A stretch of 63,889 nucleotides of DNA, the filler included, from Octopus bimaculoides (Eukaryota): the NCBI RefSeq assembly GCF_001194135.2. It is 6 parts of 6 records of this genome, joined end to end, with 100 filler letters (N's around TTAATTAATTAA, not from the genome) between each part and the next. Parts side by side here need not be neighbours in the genome. Positions count along the whole stretch, not along the records: positions 27,650 to 44,056 come from NC_068997.1; positions 44,157 to 55,293 come from NC_069004.1; 4 more parts are not named here. One strand, 5' to 3'. Position 1 is the stretch's first letter. Each line of letters begins with the position of its first letter. A model generated the notes under the pieces. The model searched no databases, was not told the origin of the DNA, and was given only the letters and a program-made list of their open reading frames with translations. Shown here piece after piece: positions 34,542-47,799 of this stretch. Both the position numbers and the translations under genes were made by a program.

Positions 34542-35478
34542 AATACATGCACTCGCATATACATATATATACTTAAGCATCTATGTATATATGTATACAC
34601 ATGTGTCTATGTATGTATATATAAATGTGTATGTACATACATATATATGCATGTATACATATGTATACATAAGTATACAAATGTATATTCATATAAGTAT
34701 ATATATACCCACACACGCACACATGTCTGTGCACATATATATGGACAGGTATATATATATATGTATGTATATATATATATAAATATATGTATATATATGT
34801 AAATATGCACATGTATGTATATGAATATATATGTATATGCATATACATGTGCATATATATACATACATATATATATATATGCATATACATATATATATAT
34901 ATATATATACGTATGCATACACACACACACATATATATANNNNNNNNNNNNNNNNNNNNNNNNNNNNNNNNNNNNNNNNNNNNNNNNNNNNNNNNNNNNN
35001 NNNNNNNNNNNNNNNNNNNNNNNNNNNNNNNNNNNNNNNNNNNNNNNNNNNNNNNNNNNNNNNNNNNNNNNNNNNNNNNNNNNNNNNNNNNNNNNNNNNN
35101 NNNNNNNNNNNNNNNNNNNNNNNNNNNNNNNNNNNNNNNNNNNNNNNNNNNNNNNNNNNNNNNNNNNNNNNNNNNNNNNNNNNNNNNNNNNNNNNNNNNN
35201 NNNNNNNNNNNNNNNNNNNNNNNNNNNNNNNNNNNNNNNNNNNNNNNNNNNNNNNNNNNNNNNNNNNNNNNNNNNNNNNNNNNNNNNNNNNNNNNNNNNN
35301 NNNNNNNNNNNNNNNNNNNNNNNNNNNNNNNNNNNNNNNNNNNNNNNNNNNNNNNNNNNNNNNNNNNNNNNNNNNNNNNNNNNNNNNNNNNNNNNNNNNN
35401 NNNNNNNNNNNNNNNNNNNNNNNNNNNNNNNNNNNNNNNNNNNNNNNNNNNNNNNNNNNNNNNNNNNNNNNNNNNNNN

Positions 35479-35817
35479 GGATCGCGGTTTCGATTCCTAG
35501 ACCAGGCGTTGTGAGTGTTTATTGAGCGAAAACACCTAAAGCTCCACGAGGCTCCGGCAGGGGATTGTGGCGAACCCTGCTGTACTCTTTCACCACAACT
35601 TTCTCTCACTCTTACTTCCTGTTTCTGTTGTGCCTGTAATTCAAAGGGTCAGCTTTGTCACACTGTGTCACGCTGAATATCCCCGAGAACTACGTTAAGG
35701 GTACACGTGTCTGTGGAGTGCTCAGCCACTTGCACGTTAATTTCACGAGCTGGCTGTTCCATTGATCCGATCAACTGGAACCCTCGACGTCGTAAGTGGC
35801 GGAGTGCCAACAACAAC
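35479..35817 (+). mobile_element. SINE family B, near full length
   Basis: B box through GGAGTGCCAACAACAA tail. Confidence 0.9.
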
Positions 35818-36806
35818 TAATGCTAGTCATAGCTGCTGTTCTTGTTGCTTCCCCTATATATTGGCCTCCACTAATTATTGTAATTGTTCTTTGTCTTATC
35901 CCTTCCATTGTTCTCTAGTAGTTGTATATAGTTGTCCTTATCCTCTCTACTGTCCTCCACCAGCAGCAACAGCAGTAGCAGTGGTGATGGTAGTAGTAGT
36001 AGTAATAGTAGTAGTAGTTCCCTCCTCTGTTGACCCCCAGTAGTTCTATAATTGTCCATGTCCACTCTATCCTCCAGCATCAGCAGCAACCACAGTTATA
36101 ATAAGTATTGTTCCCTCCCCTTTTGTCCTCCTCTAGCTATCCGTATCCCCTTTTCTATCCTCCAGTACCTGCATATATCTTCTCACCTGTATTTTCTTCC
36201 ATTAATCGTCACTGACATTATTGTCCTCCAGCAGTAGTTGGTGTTAATACCGACCCCCATATTGTCTTCCAGTAATTCTTATCATTCTTGTCCTCTCCTC
36301 CAGTAGTAGGAGCTGCCTTTGTTATTGCTTCCCCTCTATATTTTCCTCCAGTAATTATTGTAGTTATTGTTCGTCTCCCCTCCATTGTCCTCCAGTAGTT
36401 ATATAATCATTCTTGTCCCTTCTACAGCCATCCAATGGTTATCAATCTGCCAAAGTAACATTCTATACTGTCAATTCTATTTATGTCCTGGTCATGATCA
36501 GTTTAATTTCTTCCGTTCATATAATACCAATATTTTACTTTCTCAGATACAACTGCAAATTCTTGTTTTTTTTTTTCCTGTTTCTGTACCCAGTAGTTTA
36601 GGGTTTCAAATTTCCTGTCCCCCCCCCCCCCGCTTTCCTGCAACTTTTCTTTTGTCTCTTTGGCATTTTCTGTCAATGTTTATTACACAGCGTTATATTT
36701 CACCATGATAAGAATCTGTGATAAAACGATGTTTCGGGGACCCATCCTACTGCATAATATTTTACTCCGCTCTGCTAACGATCACAGGGTTAGCAAACAC
36801 CCTCTC

Positions 36807-36855
<49 letters not shown>

Positions 36856-37414
36856 CCCACACACATATACATATGCACATGCATACACATGCACACATTT
36901 ATGTACACATGTATACACATCAATTATTTCTTCCATTAGTTTGTGAAAAGAAGCAGTGTGATGCCTGTAGACCTCTGCATACTGATTAGATTGATGGGGT
37001 TATTGTGTAGTTTGAACATCTGCAAGAACCTTCCCCCCTCAAAAAAAAACCCACATTGGTGTATGTGCATTTTTGTGTGTGTCTGTGCATTTCTGTGTGT
37101 GTCTGTGTGCACATGCATGCATGTGTTTGGATGTGTGTACGCATGTGGGTTCCAGAAGGTTTGCAGTTCTGGGAAGAAGTTGATTGAAGAAATATTTTGT
37201 GTGAAAAATCTGGGAGGGAAAACAGAGTGGTGCTAACAAGAGACGAAGAGATGGCGTCTGGGTAAAGGGTGGCTGAAGCTACCCTGTTTAGAAGGGGAAA
37301 AGAGGAGGCAAAAGAGGCAGAGAGGAACATCTAGTACTGCACCCAGGAGCCAATGGTTGTAGCGTGCTGGTAAATGTCTGTCAATCAGTCCAATGAATAA
37401 TATATTTTAGATCA

Positions 37415-38115
37415 TCATCAACATCATCATCATCGTCAGTATCATTTAATGTCTGTTTTCCATGCTGGCATGGGTTAGACGGTTTAACAGGAGCTGGCAA
37501 GCCAGAGGACGGCTGGCTGCTCCAGGCTCCCGCCTGACTGGCCTTCGTAGGATTTTCGAGCGAGATCGTTGCCAGTGCCCCTGGACTGGCTCTTGTGTGG
37601 GTGGCACATAAAATACACCATTTTGAGCGTGGCTGTTGCCAGTACCGCCCGACTGGCCTGTGTGCGGGTGACACATAAAAGCACCCTCTACACTCTGCAA
37701 GTGGTTGGCATTAGGAAGGGCATCCAGCTGTAGAAACTCTGCCAAATCAGATTGGAGCCTGGTGTTGCCATCCGGTTTCACCAGTCCTCAGTCAAATCGT
37801 CCAACCCATGCTAGCATGGAAAGCGGACGTTAATTGATGATGATGATTTCTATGGCTTGATGCCATTTCTAATGCCAACCACTTTACATAGTGTACTGGG
37901 TGCTCATTATGTGGCACCAGCACAAGTGGTTTTTATGTGGCACCAACACAAGTGCTTTATACGTGGCACTGGCACAGGTGCTTTTTACGTGGCACCAGCA
38001 AAGGTGCTTTTTACACTAACAACACTCGGTCTGGGAATTGAAACTGCAATCCTACGACTGCGAGTTCGCTGCCATAACCACTGGGCCATTGTGCCTCCAC
38101 TATATATATGTATGC

Positions 38116-38148
<33 letters not shown>

Positions 38149-38712
38149 GGCACAGGAGTGGCTGTATGGTAAGTAGCTTGCTTACCAACCACATGGTTCC
38201 GGGTTCAATCTCACTGCGTGGCATCTTGGGCAAGTGTCTTCTACTATAGCCTCGGGCCAACCAAAGCCTTGTGAGTGGATTTGGTAGACGGAGGCTGAAG
38301 GAGGACCGACGTATATATGTGTATATATATATATGTGTGTATGTATATTTGTGTGTCTGTGTATGTTTGTGTGTCTGTGTTTGTCCCCCACAACATCGCT
38401 TGACAAACGTTGGGCCTCTGGGAGTCAAAGTGACTGAGTTTGTTTTGAATATTGGGCCTCATGGCATTATGTCGTGGCATATACTGGTGTCACACATATG
38501 GCACCTATGGTGGTAGCACATAAAAGCACCCATTACACTCTCAGAGTGGTTGGCGTTAGGAAGGTCATCCAGCTGTAGAAAACCATGCCACATCAGACTG
38601 GGGTCTGGTGCAGCTTTCCAGCTTACCAACCCTGGTCAAACTGTCCAACCCATGCCAGCATGGACAATGGACGTTCGTTAAATGATGATGACGATGACGA
38701 TGATGATGATGG
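37415..38712. mobile_element. Cluster of family D (both strands), a SINE B head and SINE A
   Basis: D minus 37415-37530, D plus 37530-37848, D minus 37850-38010, B head minus 38020-38098, A plus 38147-38410, D plus 38480-38712. Confidence 0.75.
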
Positions 38713-39764
38713 TATATACATACACATACCTGAATGTGTGTGCTTATATCACACCCACACACATCCAACTATAGAAAATAATTTATATTAAGTAAGAATG
38801 TGAACGAAAGAATGCAAACCAACATAAGAATAAAAGACATTGCAAAGTCTTGGAGCTGTTTTTTGTTTTGGTTTGTTAATGTTTATGAAGGTGGTAATGT
38901 CTGGCCTACAATGAACAGGAACTTGAAATTCAGTGGCTATTTTGAGCAAAATAAACAAATTTATTCAATAAAAGCGAAACAGAAATACAAGTTGCCATGG
39001 TATCCTTATTTTACAATAGACAGACAATTTCTAGTGTTTTCCATTAATTTGCCATATGGTGGCACGTTTGGGGGAGAGAGAGAGAGAGAGAGAGAATGNN
39101 NNNNNNNNNNNNNNNNNNNNNNNNNNNNNNNNNNNNNNNNNNNNNNNNNNNNNNNNNNNNNNNNNNNNNNNNNNNNNNNNNNNNNNNNNNNNNNNNNNNN
39201 NNNNNNNNNNNNNNNNNNNNNNNNNNNNNNNNNNNNNNNNNNNNNNNNNNNNNNNNNNNNNNNNNNNNNNNNNNNNNNNNNNNNNNNNNNNNNNNNNNNN
39301 NNNNNNNNNNNNNNNNNNNNNNNNNNNNNNNNNNNNNNNNNNNNNNNNNNNNNNNNNNNNNNNNNNNNNNNNNNNNNNNNNNNNNNNNNNNNNNNNNNNN
39401 NNNNNNNNNNNNNNNNNNNNNNNNNNNNNNNNNNNNNNNNNNNNNNNNNNNNNNNNNNNNNNNNNNNNNNNNNNNNNNNNNNNNNNNNNNNNNNNNNNNN
39501 NNNNNNNNNNNNNNNNNNNNNNNNNNNNNNNNNNNNNNNNNNNNNNNNNNNNNNNNNNNNNNNNNNNNNNNNNNNNNNNNNNNNNNNNNNNNNNNNNNNN
39601 NNNNNNNNNNNNNNNNATATATATATATATATATATATAGCATAATAGGCGTAGGAGTGGCTGTGTGGTAAGTAGCTTGTTTACGAATCACATAGTTCCG
39701 GGTTCAGTCCCACTGTGTGGCACCTTGACCAACCAAAGCCTTGTGAGTGGATTTGGTAGAAATT

Positions 39765-40230
39765 GTCTGATAGCCATGACTTGTGTGGCATGATATACAG
39801 TCTTGTTGCCAGACATAGGGACTTCCAGCAGCCACCCTCTTGACCCAGGGCAGCACTACCACCTCTAGGCACTTGATGTAGGCCTCCATGTTGATTGTGA
39901 GGCCATGTGGGAAGATGAATGGAGACATAAAATTGCCATTACTAGTAATCACTCTAAAGACCATGATATTGATGGGATGTCTGATTTTTATGACTCTCGG
40001 TACATGTTTTGGGGACCGAGATTGACACCCAACACTCTGAAATGTTATTACTGGAGCTTCCAGCATGAATGCCAAGCTGTACATTTAGAGATGTGTAACA
40101 AAGAACATTCATTTTTCCAATTAACACCTTTCCCTTTTTAATTACAATTAAAACTATCACATGCAGGAGAAGTAACCGTTTTAGGAAAATCCAGAAGTTA
40201 TCCGTTCCATATATTCCATGCACTGGAAAG
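39765..40230 (-). mobile_element. maT/DD37D-type transposase relic, abutting a SINE A head at 39647
   Basis: KIRHPINIMVFRVITSNGNFMSPFIFPHGLTINMEAYIKCLEVVVLPWVKRVAAGSPYVWQQDCISCHTS resembles the remembered KHPASVMV...VLPWIK..AGGRPYVWQQDSAPCH. Confidence 0.8.
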
Positions 40231-40425
40231 AAGGTTCTCTAAATTTTGATACGGCAACATAAATAGCCAGTGTGTGAATTCTATGTGAAAATCCTGTAAT
40301 TCTCATAGATTGACTAACATGATTGATGAATTTAGAATTTCAGAGATAAAACTGATGGCGATGGATTATTAATAACTCCATTTATACATACATTCATGCT
40401 AGCTATACATTTTCCCTGTGATTGC

Positions 40426-40553
<128 letters not shown>

Positions 40554-41009
40554 AAAATGCATGCAAATTCTTATCTGGTTTTGTTTCATGATATCCAAGA
40601 ATAGGTTTCTTGGTGCATTGACTTACATTGCACCTGTTTTGTGAATGTACATACATACATAATACACTTATATTTACATATACATACATATATATTTGTG
40701 TGTGTGTGTGTGTGCTGACCTACCATGTGTAGGCAACCATGTAAACAATAACAACACATATACATGCATATATTGAAATAATTAAATGTATAAACAGTAA
40801 AACGATCCAGTGGTAATACTATTTATCTCTACAGTCAGATGGATATCTCGGCTTGTAATTTGTCACTGATGCGTTTACCACAATACACATGTTTAACCTC
40901 CACTCTCTCTCACAATGTGTTGCTCTTAAGTTTTCATATCAAATTCATGGCCAAACTTAAAATGAAGAAGACTTTGTGTGTGTGTATTTCTTTTTTTTCC
41001 TTTTATTCT

Positions 41010-41210
41010 TTTACATGTTTCAGTCATTTGACTGTGGCCATGCTGGAACACTGCCTTTAGTCGAACGAATCGACTGCAGGATTTATTCTTTGTAAGCTTA
41101 GTGTTTATTCTATCAGACTCTTTTGCTGAACTGCTAAGTTACGGGGATGTAAACACACCAGCATCGGTTGTCACGCAACGGTGAGGAGGCAAACACAGAC
41201 ACACAAACAT

Positions 41211-41255
<45 letters not shown>

Positions 41256-41412
41256 AGGCTTCTTTCAGTTTCCGTCTACCAAATCTCCTCAATAGGTTTT
41301 GGTCGGACTGAGGCTATAGTAGAAGACACTTGCCCAAGGTGCCACGCATTGGGACTAAACCCAGAACCATGTGGTTGGTAAGCAAGCTACTTACCACACA
41401 GCCACTCCTACA

Positions 41413-41451
<39 letters not shown>

Positions 41452-41600
41452 CGGGCTTCTTTCAGTTTCCGTCTACCAAACCCCCTCATGAGATTTTGGT
41501 CAGCCCGAGGCTATAGTAAAAGACGCTTGCCCAAGGTGCCACGCAGTGGGACTGAACCCAGAACCATATGGCTGTTAAGCAAGCTACTTACCACACAACC
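41010..41600 (-). mobile_element. Two tandem SINE family A copies
   Basis: Full copy 41010-41415; second head and body 41448-41600. Confidence 0.85.
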
Positions 41601-42248
41601 ACACAAAATTTCATTGTAATTGCCATTCTGTGCATTATAAATCTCTATCTCTCTTTCTCTCCATCAGCTATGCTCTTTATCTTTTCAGGGCCAATAAACT
41701 ACAATACCAGTAACGTACTGGGGGTCAATGGTATAATCTCTGCCTCTCTCTTCGAAACTGCTGGCGTTGTACCTAAATTAGAAACCGTTATTGTTCTCCA
41801 CATAACACTAAGAATTTTTCATTTTACATAAATTTAATAAATGCTGAGAAATGTAAGAGAAATCGTGTTACTGATCACTGCATGGAGTTAATATTCTATG
41901 TTGTTTTTGGATTTTCAGTTTGTCTTGTCTTTATTTTTGTTTTTGTTTTCAATCAGCTTTTCTGCAATGGAATCTCATAAAGAATGGTCTATTTATTAGC
42001 TTCTCTGTAATTTTTGAAGTATTAATAGAAATGGGAATAAATACAGATTCCAAAGTTGTCGCCGTCTTTATTTGATGTACGTTAAGGCTGAGGTGTGAAG
42101 ACGTCCAGAGTTTATAGACGGAGAATGGATACTCTGCATGTGTGTGCATGCGTGTGTGGATGTATGCATGTATGCATGTGTGTGTGCATGTGTATATGCA
42201 TACACACACACACATATATATACACATATATGTATTTATCTGTATATA

Positions 42249-42305
<57 letters not shown>

Positions 42306-42606
42306 NNNNNNNNNNNNNNNNNNNNNNNNNNNNNNNNNNNNNNNNNNNNNNNNNNNNNNNNNNNNNNNNNNNNNNNNNNNNNNNNNNNNNNNNNNNNNNN
42401 NNNNNNNNNNNNNNNNNNNNNNNNNNNNNNNNNNNNNNNNNNNNNNNNNNNNNNNNNNNNNNNNNNNNNNNNNNNNNNNNNNNNNNNNNNNNNNNNNNNN
42501 NNNNNNNNNNNNNNNNNNNNNNNNNNNNNNNNNNNNNNNNNNNNNNNNNNNNNNNNNNNNNNNNNNNNNNNNNNNNNNNNNNNNNNNNNNNNNNNNNNNN
42601 NNNNNN

Positions 42607-42659
<53 letters not shown>

Positions 42660-42762
42660 GCATGTAATATATATGTATATTTATATATGTATGTATGCAT
42701 ATACATATTTATATATGTGAATATATATATATATGTATACACTCATGCATATATATATATAT

Positions 42763-42819
<57 letters not shown>

Positions 42820-44056
42820 CACATGCACCTATAAACCATACACAGAGATCTCTTCACCTCTCCTGTTGAGTTAAATGCAAAAACATTATCTCGGAACCGT
42901 TCAGGAAGGCAGCAAATGTAATAGAATTTAGTTGCAGTTCAAATCAACTGGCATAACATCACCCCATTCCTTTCTAACCTGTTGCTGCCATTGTGGTTGT
43001 TGTTGTTGTTGCTGTTGTTGTTGGTGTCTGCGTACATCATTCTAAGTAGATAGCATGTAAATCATGATACCATAATTCGGGTTACTAATCTAATAATACT
43101 AAATCCAATATTTGAAGAAATCTTTCTATCAATCTCTAACACTGTCCTTCTCAAAGATGTTGGAAGAAGAAGAAGAAGAAGAGGAGGAGGAGGAGGAGTT
43201 GTGTGGAAGAAACAGAAAGAAAGAATTTTTGTTGTTGTTGTTGGTCCTGGTGGGTTGTTTTTGCTTTGTTTTTGTTTTTTTTGTTTTTTTGTTTTCGGAT
43301 TGTTAAAAAAAATAGAAAAATACCATCCGAAAGCTGTGGTTTGGCAATGTTGTTAAAGCATTGGACAATATATGTCTTGTTTCAATTCTGTGAGTTTTGA
43401 GTTCGAATCCAGCTTTGCTGCAACCTGAAAAAAACAGTGATATTAAAAAAAAAAGTGTGAAACTGAACTCCGAAACTCCATGGTTACAAAGCCAACTTCT
43501 TAACCATGCAGCCAAGCTCGTGCTTGATTGGATAAAACCAATTTTGGTTTTCTAAATAAAACCAGCTCTTGAATCTAAGCAGATTTCTTATGACATTAAA
43601 GCAGCACTAGCTGAACTGCAATTTCTTGGATCAGTGCTCTAGTTGCAGTAATCTTGCTTTTATTCCACTATGCTGACCTAAGACAAAACACTTTAATGTA
43701 CAGCTCACATTTGAAAGACAAAAAACATTATCTGTCGAGGGTGAGTTAGCTGTTATATTGTGGTTGCTGTGCTTGTTGGTTGCTTTGTGATTTCATTGAA
43801 CAATTGATCCCTGATCCTTGCTTGATCCAGCGACTTGACAGTGAAATCATTTGACAGTTTGAAGTTCCTCTGTAAAGGTCAGGCTAACAATGAATAGCGT
43901 GCATGCTTATTTACCATTCTTCGTTCGGTCTTAGTTTTGAAACTGCGATGGAAGGTCAGCTTGTTCAGTCAATTTCATTTTTGTTTGACATTTGTTGACC
44001 TATCACTATATATTTGACCTTACTATTGACTTTCCATTATATATATATATATATAT

Positions 44057-44156
44057 NNNNNNNNNNNNNNNNNNNNNNNNNNNNNNNNNNNNNNNNNNNN
44101 TTAATTAATTAANNNNNNNNNNNNNNNNNNNNNNNNNNNNNNNNNNNNNNNNNNNN
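44057..44156. other. Artificial scaffold spacer
   Basis: 44 N + TTAATTAATTAA (44101-44112) + 44 N. Confidence 0.95.
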
Positions 44157-44385
44157 AGCCTCGGGCCAATTAAAGCCTTGTGAGTGGATTTGGTAGACTG
44201 AAACTGAAAGAAGCCCATTGTATATGTGTGTATGTGTGTGTGTTTGTGTGTCTGTGTTTGTCCCCACCATCACTTGACACCGATGTTGGTGTGTTCACGT
44301 CCCCATAACTTCGTGGGTCGGCTAAAGAGCCCGATAGTATAAGTACTAGGATTACAAAGATCAAGTCCTGGAGTCGATTTACATA
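44157..44385 (+). mobile_element. SINE family A, 3' two-thirds
   Basis: AAAGCCTTGTGAGTGGATTTGGTAGAC...ACGTCCCCATAACTT...AAGTACTAGG. Confidence 0.82.
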
Positions 44386-44399
44386 CGATATAGCTGCAA

Positions 44400-44870
44400 A
44401 AACTACTCAAGGCGTTATCCACAGAAAGGACTGCTCTGACCTATTCATCAAGCACCTGTCAGAACCAGCAGTTATTCACACCTATAAAAGGAATACTGGT
44501 GGAACGTTCCAAATAAATTCGATGCAAACATAACACATTTTGATATTGTTCTGTGGGATAGGGAACAACAATTATGCACTGTTGCAGAAGTCAGCTGCCC
44601 AGCGGTTCTGAATGTACAATCAAAAGTCCGGGAAAAAGAGAACATTTATGGCGAATTAATGCGGAACTTACAGCTTTTGTACTCTGACTAGGAATTCTCA
44701 TTTGTACCTATCATCATAGGTATATTAGATTATGTACCCACAAATTTGCACAAAAACCTAAAGATACTCGTTTCATGGAAAAAGAGCAAAAAAGAACTGA
44801 CGCGGGTTCTTCAAATCCAATCTATTAGAGGCACAGTGAAGATTTGTAAGGCATTCCAGAAATTCCCCAT
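44400..44870 (+). mobile_element. RLE-type non-LTR retrotransposon C-terminus (R4/NeSL-like), decayed
   Basis: EYWWNVP...FDIVLWDREQQLCTVAEVSCP..NVQSKVREKENIYGELMRNLQLLY..FVPIIIG...QIQSIRGTVKICKAFQKF: a PD-(D/E)xK endonuclease pattern. Confidence 0.85.
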
Positions 44871-46759
44871 GTGAGATTCTCACGTGAATAGATGCACACA
44901 CTTAGGTGTATGCATCGACAGTTCAAACAACACACCAACACAAACACATACTTTCAAACACGGAGAAATTTTTTAAGTCAAAAGGTATTGTCGCTTTGTT
45001 AGCTGCCTGCTTGAATTCAGCGCTTTCATACGTCCGTAATAATTCAAAAGATATTGACTGAACTCAACTCAACTATTAGTCAATACATTTTGAAATCTGA
45101 TGGTTACTACGAACGTATAAAAGCGCTAACTGAACTTTATGACCATTACTAAATATAGTTTTTTAATGTTTGACACATTTCAACATTCTAAAGGATTGTT
45201 TTTTTTTTTAATACAGTAATAAAAAAGAAATGTGAAAACCAGGCCATGTTGTAACTTTATTCAACTGATATATTATTTTATACACATTTTTACAAATTCG
45301 GAAAATGTATATATATATAAGATACAGTATAGTTTGAAACAGCCAATGAGAGCGGATAAGTTGGTCTTTGCTAAGCGTTCCGCTTCTCTAAGCATGCAGT
45401 TCGTATAGGCATGAAGGTGGCTTCAATTTTCTGCCCTTTGTTAATAAATAAAACGCTCATGATGCACTTCATTTCTTTTTTCCTCATTTTCTGCCACAAA
45501 CTGGTTGTGATCCGTCCCGGAGTGAAGGAGGCTTATTAGACCCGCCTACAACTCCACCAATATATGAGCCACCTACAATTACAAAAATGTGTTGACGTGG
45601 CAAGTTATTTATTTATATGTGTGTGTGTGTGTATGTGTGTGTGTGTGTGTGTCAGCCGGTTTTGCTTGGGTATTAGCTAACCGAATATTAGCTGACAGCC
45701 TGTTAAATGACATTTGGTTTTCAATATCCTGAACGAAACTGATTGGTAGGTTCGTTTGAAATAGATCTATTAAACTGCATACTTTAATAAATATATATGT
45801 TTGCGTGTCCCTGTGTAACATATATGAATATATATATATATANNNNNNNNNNNNNNNNNNNNNNNNNNNNNNNNNNNNNNNNNNNNNNNNNNNNNNNNNN
45901 NNNNNNNNNNNNNNNNNNNNNNNNNNNNNNNNNNNNNNNNNNNNNNNNNNNNNNNNNNNNNNNNNNNNNNNNNNNNNNNNNNNNNNNNNNNNNNNNNNNN
46001 NNNNNNNNNNNNNNNNNNNNNNNNNNNNNNNNNNNNNNNNNNNNNNNNNNNNNNNNNNNNNNNNNNNNNNNNNNNNNNNNNNNNNNNNNNNNNNNNNNNN
46101 NNNNNNNNNNNNNNNNNNNNNNNNNNNNNNNNNNNNNNNNNNNNNNNNNNNNNNNNNNNNNNNNNNNNNNNNNNNNNNNNNNNNNNNNNNNNNNNNNNNN
46201 NNNNNNNNNNNNNNNNNNNNNNNNNNNNNNNNNNNNNNNNNNNNNNNNNNNNNNNNNNNNNNNNNNNNNNNNNNNNNNNNNNNNNNNNNNNNNNNNNNNN
46301 NNNNNNNNNNNNNNNNNNNNNNNNNNNNNNNNNNNNNNNNNNNNNNNNNNNNNNNNNNNNNNNNNNNNNNNNNNNNNNNNNNNNNNNNNNNNNNNNNNNN
46401 NNNNNNNNNNNNNNNNNNNNNNNNNNNNNNNNNNNNNNNNNNNNNNNNNNNNNNNNNNNNNNNNNNNNNNNNNNNNNNNNNNNNNNNNNNNNNNNNNNNN
46501 NNNNNNNNNNNNNNNNNNNNNNNNNNNNNNNNNNNNNNNNNNNNNNNNNNNNNNNNNNNNNNNNNNNNNNNNNNNNNNNNNNNNNNNNNNNNNNNNNNNN
46601 NNNNNNNNNNNNNNNNNNNNNNNNNNNNNNNNNNNNNNNNNNNNNNNNNNNNNNNNNNNNNNNNNNNNNNNNNNNNNNNNNNNNNNNNNNNNNNNNNNNN
46701 NNTATATATATATATATATGTACACGCATACAAGCGTATGTACGTACTACTTAATCATA

Positions 46760-47350
46760 CATACATACATTGCAATACAAGAATCGGAGATTGCTACAAA
46801 ATACCTAATAAACAAGAGACATAAAAATCATTGGAGCCCCAAGAAGCAACCGAAAACGTCGATTATGTCACATTTCTGTGGAAGACATCACTCATGTAAT
46901 CAGCCTGCCACTGTGACAGGATGTTTTTGCTAAAGCAATATACAATGCCATCGGAAAACACGACTATCACTGAATATAAACATTAACACAAAGATTATTT
47001 GTGGAACATTCCAATGAAAACTTCTGTCAAGTGCAAATAACAGACCGTGTAACGTTGTTTGTGGGTGATAAGAGGATAGATGGACCGTCAAAGAGACCAG
47101 CTGCACTGCTGATATGAAATATCTCTTTGAAAAGCCAAAAGACAGAGGATAGGTACAGGTAACAATTTCGAAGCCTTCAGTTTCCATACCCAGATTATAA
47201 TTTCATAATTATACCAATAATAACTGGTGCACTTGGTTTTGTGAGTAAATACCTCAGTGATAATATGGAAGAGGTGAGGTTTCAGAAAAGAAAAGAAATC
47301 AACCAGCTGATACGCATATCGCGAATACAATCTGCAAGACTTCACTCAAG
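46760..47350 (+). mobile_element. RLE retrotransposon relic (zinc knuckle and endonuclease region)
   Basis: IQESEIATKYL, VEDITHVIS, AKAIYNAI, WNIPMKTSVKCK, YPDYNFIIIPIITGALGFV in shifting frames. Confidence 0.78.
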
Positions 47351-47489
47351 ATTATCATGTTATATCGTTTTTTATTTACATTCCAACGACAGAGCTTTGT
47401 ATCTTTGTTAGAAACCAGTTCCTTCCTTACAGTTAAACTTCAAATAATTAGAAATACATACATACAATCATATATATATACATACATAC

Positions 47490-47799
47490 ATAATCTAGAT
47501 TGCAGGTTCATATTCATACCTGTAATTATTGCGGCCCTGGGATATGTAACGCATTGCCTAAATAACAATTTTGAGAAATTAGGCTTCTCAAAACCAGAAA
47601 GGAGAATGCTAATTCGAAGACAACAGATCCAATCCATCATTGGAACTGTAAAGATCTGTAAAACTTACCAGAAGTTTATCATTTAAATATATATGAGCAT
47701 GTCTAGATATGTAACTATATACATGAGAATACATACACAAAGCAAAATACAAATTTACACATATACATACATACAAACAAAAATACCTTGTTGTTGATG
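47490..47799 (+). mobile_element. RLE retrotransposon, 5'-truncated 3' end with UTR
   Basis: FIFIPVIIAALGYVTHCLNNNFEKLGFSKPERRMLIRRQQIQSIIGTVKICKTYQKFII* (stop 47686), then a UTR shared with 7820-8120. Confidence 0.85.

Noticed and set aside
41568-41831. GPINYNTSNVLGVNG... as a WWOX exon
   Set aside because: No WWOX similarity; part is a decayed SINE C on the minus strand.
43560-43990. Possible Ty3/gypsy gag relic on minus (LDQARIRDQ)
   Set aside because: One short motif amid stops; not enough to call.
45490-45585. Minus-strand GGSYIGGVVGGSNKPPSLRDGSQPVCGRK* after an acceptor-like site
   Set aside because: Short, no recognisable domain and no supported upstream partner.
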